Source of the DNA: an uncultured virus (IMG/VR IMGVR_UViG_2562617076_000004)
Taxonomy: Duplodnaviria > Heunggongvirae > Uroviricota > Caudoviricetes
Length of the DNA: 20,000 nucleotides
Virus record (IMG/VR): IMGVR_UViG_2562617076_000004
Reading direction: 5' to 3' (one strand)
How positions within the stretch are numbered: position 1 is the stretch's first letter; each line of letters begins with the position of its first letter. Below are positions 14,827 through 20,000 of the stretch, piece after piece. Under the pieces are notes generated by a model. It saw nothing but the letters and a program-made list of their open reading frames with translations. It had not been told where the DNA came from and did not search any database. A program made the position numbers and the translations under genes.

Positions 14827-17626
14827 CAATAACCTGCGTCTGCAGGTGATTCTTAATGCGGTTGACAAGCTCACCCGCCCATTTCGATCCGCGCAGGCCA
14901 GCTCAAAAGAGCTGGCTGCAGCCATTCAGCAAAGCCGCGTCCGTTTAAAAGAATTAGATGCTCAGGCGGGCCGCATTGACGGTTTCCGCAAGGCCAGCGC
15001 GCAGCTGGCAGTCACCGGTAACAGCCTGAAAGCCGCACGCGAAGAAGCTGCGAAACTTGCCACGCAATTCTCTGCCACCAACCGCCCGACGGCGGCGCAG
15101 GCACGGCTGCTTGAGCAGGCAAAGAACCGCGTTACGGAGTTACAGAGCAAATATAACGGTCTACGTCAGTCAGTGCAGCGCCAGCGTCTTGCGCTCAATG
15201 AAGCCGGACTGGACACGAAAAAGCTCAGTAGTGCGCAGAGGGAACTGCGGCAGAATGCCGACGAAACCCGGCAGGCCCTGGACCGGCAGCAGAAATCCCT
15301 TAAACGCCTGGGCGAACAGCAGGCGCGAATGAACGCCGTCCGCGATCAGTATTCGCGCCGTCTTGAGGTGCGGGATCGCATCGCCGGGGCAGGGGCTACC
15401 ACTACGGCTGCAGGGGTGGCAATGGGCGCACCTGTTGTGGCGGCAGTTAAGAGCTACGCCAGCATGGAAGATGCCATGAAAGGCGTGGCAAAGCAGGTAA
15501 ACGGGCTGCGGGACGATAATGGCAACCGCACAAAACAGTTTTATGACATGCAGGATGCCATCAAGGCCGCCAGCGAACAGCTGCCGATGGAGAACGGCGC
15601 TATAGACTATGCCGCGCTGGTTGAAGGTGGTGCTCGCATGGGGGTGACCAATCAGGACGATCCTTACGAAGAGCAGAAACGTGACCTGCTGGCTTTTGCA
15701 TCCACGGCGGCAAAAGCGGCAACGGCCTTTGAGCTGCCAGCAGATGAACTGGCAGAAGGGCTGGGGAAAATCGCGCAGCTCTATAAAGTTCCGACGCGCA
15801 ATATTGAACAACTGGGCGATGCGCTGAACTACCTGGACGATAACGCCATGTCAAAGGGTGGGGACATTATCAACGTCCTGCAGCGTATGGGGGGCGTGGC
15901 TGACCGCCTTGACTTCCGAAAGGCCGCGGCGCTGGGTTCAACATTCCTTTCTCTTGGGGCTGCCCCGGAAATCGCCGCCAGCGCCTCTAATGCCATGGTG
16001 CGTGAACTGTCCATTGCCACCATGCAAAGTAAACGATTTTTTGAAGGCATGAATCTGTTGCAACTCAATCCGGCGGAGATTGAAAAGCAGATGACCACCG
16101 ATGCCATGGGCACAATTCAGCGGGTTCTGGAGAAGGTCAACAATCTGCCGCAGGATAAACGCCTGTCAGCCATGACAATGATTTTTGGCAAAGAGTTTGG
16201 CGATGATGCGGCAAAGCTGGCTAACAACCTGCCGGAGCTGCAGCGCCAGCTGAAACTCACATCAGGTAGTGGTGCTAATGGCTCCATGCAGAAAGAATCC
16301 GACATTAACAAGGATTCATTGTCTGCGCAGTGGTTGCTGGTTAAGACGGGCGCGCAGAACGCTTTCAGCAGCCTGGGGGAAACGTTGCGCCAGCCGCTGA
16401 TGGATATTATGGGCATGGTTAAGCGCGTGACCGGGGCGTTGCGTCGCTGGGTTGAGCAGAATCCCGTGCTGGCTGGCACGCTGATGAAAGTGGCGGCAGC
16501 TACGGCAGCCATTACTGTTGGGTTGGGGGCGCTGGCAGTGGCGGTGGCTGCGGTACTAGGGCCGCTGGCGGTTATCCGGTTTGGCCTGTCCATGCTGTCA
16601 GTTAAAGCGTTACCTTCTGCAGCCGCCGCTGCCACACGTACAGGTAGCGTGCTGCGTTTGTTGATCTCTGGTCCGCTGGCTTTGCTGCGCGTGGCATTAT
16701 TTGCTGTTGGTAGCCTGCTGGGTGCGCTGCTCAGTCCTGTAGGGCTGGTTGTGGCTGCACTGGCAGGCGTGGCGCTGGTTATCTGGAAATACTGGCAGCC
16801 CATTAGTGCATTTCTGGGGGGCGTGGTGGAAGGGTTCAGATCCGCTGCTGCGCCCATCAGCGCCGCCTTTGAGCCGCTCAGACCCGTGTTTCAGTGGATT
16901 GGTGACAGGGTGCAGGCCTTGTGGGGCTGGTTCAATGATTTACTTACCCCGGTTAAATCCACTGCCGAAGAACTGAACAGCGCAGCTGCAATGGGGCGTC
17001 GGTTTGGTGAGGCGCTGGCGGAAGGTCTGAATATGGTGATGCACCCACTTGAGTCACTTAAATCCGGTGTGTCATGGCTGCTGGAAAAGCTCGGTATTGT
17101 TAGTAAGGAGGCGGCAAAGGCGAAACTACCTGCGCAGGTTACGCAGCAGCAGTCCGCCACAGTGAACAGTGACGGCAAAGTGGTGCTGCCGCCAGGCGGG
17201 TTCCCGGCTTACGCGGGGATGTACGACACGGGCGGGATTATTCCACGCGGGCAGTTTGGAATTGTCGGAGAAAATGGCCCTGAAATTGTGAACGGACCGG
17301 CAAATGTTACCAGCAGGCGGCGTACTGCTGCGCTGGCCTCTGTTGTTGCTGGCGTGATGGGGGTAGCTGCGACACCTGCAGAAGCGGCTCCGCTTCATCC
17401 GTTCAGTTTGCCTGCGAGGGCATACCAGCCCCCGCTTGCTAAGGCAGATAGCCCGCCGCCGGTTATTCGTTATGAGATAAATGCGCCCATTCATATTGTC
17501 GCTCAGCCTGGGCAGAACGCGCAGGATATTGCCCGTGAAGTGGCACGCCAGCTTGACGAACGGGAGCGCCGGGCCAGGGCAAAAGCACGCAGCAATTTCA
17601 GCGATCAGGGGGGGTATGAATCATGA
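14819..17626 (+). CDS. T: Tail tape measure protein gpT
   Basis: 935 aa, Ala-rich and helical, with a LQVILNAVDKLTRPF N-terminus and hydrophobic segments in the C-terminal half. Synteny E-T-U. Confidence 0.95.
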   Translation: MSDNNLRLQVILNAVDKLTRPFRSAQASSKELAAAIQQSRVRLKELDAQAGRIDGFRKASAQLAVTGNSLKAAREEAAKLATQFSATNRPTAAQARLLEQAKNRVTELQSKYNGLRQSVQRQRLALNEAGLDTKKLSSAQRELRQNADETRQALDRQQKSLKRLGEQQARMNAVRDQYSRRLEVRDRIAGAGATTTAAGVAMGAPVVAAVKSYASMEDAMKGVAKQVNGLRDDNGNRTKQFYDMQDAIKAASEQLPMENGAIDYAALVEGGARMGVTNQDDPYEEQKRDLLAFASTAAKAATAFELPADELAEGLGKIAQLYKVPTRNIEQLGDALNYLDDNAMSKGGDIINVLQRMGGVADRLDFRKAAALGSTFLSLGAAPEIAASASNAMVRELSIATMQSKRFFEGMNLLQLNPAEIEKQMTTDAMGTIQRVLEKVNNLPQDKRLSAMTMIFGKEFGDDAAKLANNLPELQRQLKLTSGSGANGSMQKESDINKDSLSAQWLLVKTGAQNAFSSLGETLRQPLMDIMGMVKRVTGALRRWVEQNPVLAGTLMKVAAATAAITVGLGALAVAVAAVLGPLAVIRFGLSMLSVKALPSAAAAATRTGSVLRLLISGPLALLRVALFAVGSLLGALLSPVGLVVAALAGVALVIWKYWQPISAFLGGVVEGFRSAAAPISAAFEPLRPVFQWIGDRVQALWGWFNDLLTPVKSTAEELNSAAAMGRRFGEALAEGLNMVMHPLESLKSGVSWLLEKLGIVSKEAAKAKLPAQVTQQQSATVNSDGKVVLPPGGFPAYAGMYDTGGIIPRGQFGIVGENGPEIVNGPANVTSRRRTAALASVVAGVMGVAATPAEAAPLHPFSLPARAYQPPLAKADSPPPVIRYEINAPIHIVAQPGQNAQDIAREVARQLDERERRARAKARSNFSDQGGYES

Positions 17627-18108
17627 TGATGGTACTGGGTTTATATGTATTTATGCTGCGCACTGTCCCTTATCAGGAACTGCAGTATCAGCGCAGCTGG
17701 CGACACGCCGCCAACAGCCGGGTGAACCGCCGTCCGTCAACGCAGTTTCTTGGCCCGGATAACGATTCACTGACACTGTCCGGGGTTCTGCTGCCGGAAG
17801 TGACCGGCGGCAGACTGTCATTACTGGCGCTTGAACAAATGGCTGAACTGGGCAAGGCATGGCCTTTGATTGAAGGTAGTGGAACCATTTACGGCATGTT
17901 TGTTATTGAGAGTCTGAGCCAGACAAAGACGGAGTTTTTTGCCAGCGGAATGCCCAGGCGCATTGAGTTTACGATCACCCTCAAACGGGTTGATGAGTCG
18001 CTCTCTGACATGTTCGGGAGCCTGAGTGACCAGCTCAGCAACCTGCAGGACTCCGCAGCATCTGCTATTGGGGGGATTAAAAACACGGTTGGAGGATTGC
18101 TGCAGTGA
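17623..18108 (+). CDS. U: Tail protein gpU
   Basis: MMMVLGLYVF.L.TVPYQ...R...WRH..NSRV..RP..QFLGP, LIEGSG.IYGMFVIE motifs. Confidence 0.94.
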   Translation: MMMVLGLYVFMLRTVPYQELQYQRSWRHAANSRVNRRPSTQFLGPDNDSLTLSGVLLPEVTGGRLSLLALEQMAELGKAWPLIEGSGTIYGMFVIESLSQTKTEFFASGMPRRIEFTITLKRVDESLSDMFGSLSDQLSNLQDSAASAIGGIKNTVGGLLQ

Positions 18109-19205
18109 ACGTTAATTCTGATCTCCTGAATCTGAACAGCAAAAGCCCGGCTTTCAGTATCACCATCGAAGGCAAAGACGTGACGACGGTGATGGACGCG
18201 CGCCTGATGAGTCTGACACTGACGGATAACCGGGGCTTTGAAGCGGACCAGCTTGATCTGGAGCTGGACGACGCCGACGGGCTGATCGCCCTGCCGCGAC
18301 GTGGGACTGTGATTCAGCTGGCGCTGGGCTGGAAAGGCCAGCCGCTTTTCCCTAAAGGGGCTTTTACCGTAGATGAAATTGAACACAGCGGTGCCCCTGA
18401 CCGGCTGACCATCAGGGCGCGTAGCGCAGATTTCCGTGAAACCCTCAATACACGGCGCGAAAAATCATGGCATCAGACAACGGTGGGGGAGGTGGTAAAG
18501 GAAATCGCCGCCCGGCATAACCTCAAAGTGGCGCTGGGTAAAGACCTGACGGATAAGGCGCTGGATCATATGGACCAGACCAATGAAAGCGATGCAAGTT
18601 TTCTGATGAAACTGGCGAGACAGTATGGGGCGATTGCTTCCGTTAAAGACGGGAACCTGCTGTTTATCCGGCAGGGACAGGGAAGAACGGCGAGCGGCAA
18701 GCCGCTGCCGGTTATCACCATCACGCGCAAAGCCGGTGACGGTCATCGATTCACCCTTGCTGATCGTGGTGCCTATACCGGTGTTATTGCCAGCTGGTTG
18801 CATACGCGTGAACCCAGGAAAAAAGAGACAACCAGTGTTAAGCGTCGTCGAAAGAAAACCACCACACCCAAAGAGCCGGAAGCAAAACAGGGCGATTATC
18901 TGGTGGGAACGGATGAAAACGTGCTGGTTCTTAATCGTACCTACGCCAACCGGAGCAATGCAGAGCGCGCAGCAAAAATGCAGTGGGAACGTCTGCAGCG
19001 TGGGGTTGCTTCATTTTCCCTGCTGCTCGCTGAGGGGCGGGCTGATCTCTATACGGAAATGCCGGTGAAGGTGACGGGGTTTAAGCAGCCGATCGATGAT
19101 GCAGAATGGACCATTACCACCCTGACGCATTCTGTCAGCCCGGATAATGGATTTACGACCAGCATGGAGCTTGAAGTAAAGATTGATGATTTAGAAATGG
19201 AATAA
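18105..19205 (+). CDS. D: Baseplate hub protein gpD ('late control D' family)
   Basis: GTG start. RLMSLTLTDNRGFEADQLDLELDD, DQTNESDASFL..LA..YGA motifs. Confidence 0.95.
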   Translation: MNVNSDLLNLNSKSPAFSITIEGKDVTTVMDARLMSLTLTDNRGFEADQLDLELDDADGLIALPRRGTVIQLALGWKGQPLFPKGAFTVDEIEHSGAPDRLTIRARSADFRETLNTRREKSWHQTTVGEVVKEIAARHNLKVALGKDLTDKALDHMDQTNESDASFLMKLARQYGAIASVKDGNLLFIRQGQGRTASGKPLPVITITRKAGDGHRFTLADRGAYTGVIASWLHTREPRKKETTSVKRRRKKTTTPKEPEAKQGDYLVGTDENVLVLNRTYANRSNAERAAKMQWERLQRGVASFSLLLAEGRADLYTEMPVKVTGFKQPIDDAEWTITTLTHSVSPDNGFTTSMELEVKIDDLEME

Positions 19206-19210
19206 ATAAG

Positions 19211-19246
19211 TTCTCAATATTGATTATTTGTGTATCATTATTGAGA
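19211..19246 (+). promoter_or_regulatory. Putative ogr promoter overlapped by two palindromic operator-like sites
   Basis: TCAATATTGA (19214-19223, perfect palindrome) and TCATTATTGA (19235-19244) are 21 bp apart. Candidate -35 TTCTCA (19211) and -10 TATCAT (19233), with a 16-bp spacer. Confidence 0.55.
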
Positions 19247-19272
19247 TTTTAATGGTGGCGGAGAATAAAAAA

Positions 19273-19491
19273 ATGATGAATTGCCCAAAGTGTGGACATG
19301 CGGCGCACACCCGGAGCAGCTTTCAGGTTACTGATAGCACGAAGGAGCGTTACTGCCAGTGCCAGAACATTAATTGCGGCAGCACATTTGTCACCCATGA
19401 AACGGTTGTACGATTTATCGTTACCCCGACAATAATCAATAATGCCCCGCCGCACCCTACGCCGGGTGGTCAAGGGCACATGAATTTTTAA
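19273..19491 (+). CDS. ogr: Ogr/Delta-family zinc-finger late transcription activator
   Basis: MMNCPKCGHAAHTRSS...KERYCQCQNINCGSTFVTHE, a C4 zinc finger. GGAG RBS upstream of 19273. Confidence 0.95.
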   Translation: MMNCPKCGHAAHTRSSFQVTDSTKERYCQCQNINCGSTFVTHETVVRFIVTPTIINNAPPHPTPGGQGHMNF

Positions 19492-19520
19492 AACAAGAAC
19501 CTGCTGCGGCAGGTTTTTTA
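19491..19520. terminator. Probable bidirectional rho-independent terminator
   Basis: AACCTGC-tgcg-GCAGGTT (19498-19515) is followed by a T-run on the + strand and a T-rich tail (CTTGTTTT) on the - strand. It lies between the convergent ogr and WYL-BRCT genes. Confidence 0.82.
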
Positions 19521-20000
19521 TGCGTCAGGAATTTCACCCGTTTCTATAAAATGCACAAAACTTTCTTCATCAATGATGATCGTACCCTTCATGCGTGCAG
19601 CATTTACTTTGGAAGGACCGGCATTGTATCCGCAACAGAGCATCTGCAGATTTTGAGTAACGGAACTTCTCACTGTCATGCTGTGCGCCTCGGCAACTTC
19701 AATCAAACGCTCTTTATCTGCCTTTTTGAAACCTGTAAAACAGACGTCAAAAGTTAGGGTTTTGGGCTTGGTGGCCTTGGTTAGATGGATGTAATTTTCC
19801 GGTAGGAAGGACTGACAGGCTTGCTGTGCTTCATCAGCAGATGTGCATTCTTGAAGTATTCTATCTTTACGAAACGTTCTTATTGAATGGGCTGATTGGC
19901 ATATACCCTGAATGTGGTTATCGCTGTAGCTAACACTGCTTATTGAATGGGCACCAATGCGCGCATTCGCATTGATGTAAACAAAGTGCATTTCTTCCAT
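19518..20000 (-). CDS. WYL-like + BRCT domain protein (cargo); start is at the window edge and may extend
   Basis: aa 1-50: F.YIN.....I.G.C......RTFRKDRI (WYL-like). aa 84-152: VCFTGF...K..L...A........SVT.NL..L.CG.NAGPSK...AR..G..IIDE..F (LigA-type BRCT). Confidence 0.78.
   Translation of the reverse strand: MEEMHFVYINANARIGAHSISSVSYSDNHIQGICQSAHSIRTFRKDRILQECTSADEAQQACQSFLPENYIHLTKATKPKTLTFDVCFTGFKKADKERLIEVAEAHSMTVRSSVTQNLQMLCCGYNAGPSKVNAARMKGTIIIDEESFVHFIETGEIPDA

Larger units (their letters stand above)
1..19520 (+). mobile_element. P2-like (Fels-2/186-type) prophage, late gene region; extends beyond the window on the left and possibly on the right
   Basis: Complete P2 late-gene synteny from terminase small subunit M to ogr, with Ogr boxes and the E/E' frameshift site. 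No att site or integrase is in the window. Confidence 0.97.

Noticed and set aside
14962..17494. Long - strand ORFs opposite the tape measure gene (e.g. 15170-15811, 16117-16857), and similar shadows opposite H, J, I and FI
   Set aside because: These are expected antisense open frames in GC-rich coding DNA and show no protein family features.
1..20000. CRISPR arrays, tRNA/rRNA genes, IS elements, att sites, and diversity-generating retroelement or retron components
   Set aside because: No regularly spaced direct repeats, RNA gene signatures, transposase, integrase or reverse transcriptase were seen. Tail-fibre variation here is explained by inversion.

Overview
This window is the late (morphogenesis and lysis) half of a P2-family temperate prophage of the Fels-2/186-like type. 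The host is probably enterobacterial and Salmonella-like, which is an inference from gene content. The + strand carries the canonical P2 order M-L-X-holin-endolysin-(lysA position)-lysB-lysC-R-S, then V-W-J-I-H-tfa, then FI-FII-E/E'-T-U-D-ogr. All of these reading frames appear intact. Three accessory elements interrupt this backbone. (1) An AT-rich, stand-alone AIPR-family gene (568 aa, - strand) lies in the S-V variable slot and is a candidate prophage-encoded anti-phage gene. (2) A ~2.9 kb invertible tail-fibre cassette is bounded by 96-bp perfect inverted repeats carrying hix/gix-type sites, next to a Hin/Gin-family invertase, and encodes two alternative fibre tips with their chaperones. 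(3) A small WYL-like + BRCT protein gene faces ogr at the right edge and may be the last gene of an uncharacterised cargo operon. Regulatory signals visible in the sequence include two Ogr boxes (TGT-N12-ACA), the E/E' -1 frameshift site, candidate repressor operators upstream of ogr, and a two-state RNA structure between M and L. Family assignments come from motif recognition and synteny only; no database searches were run.
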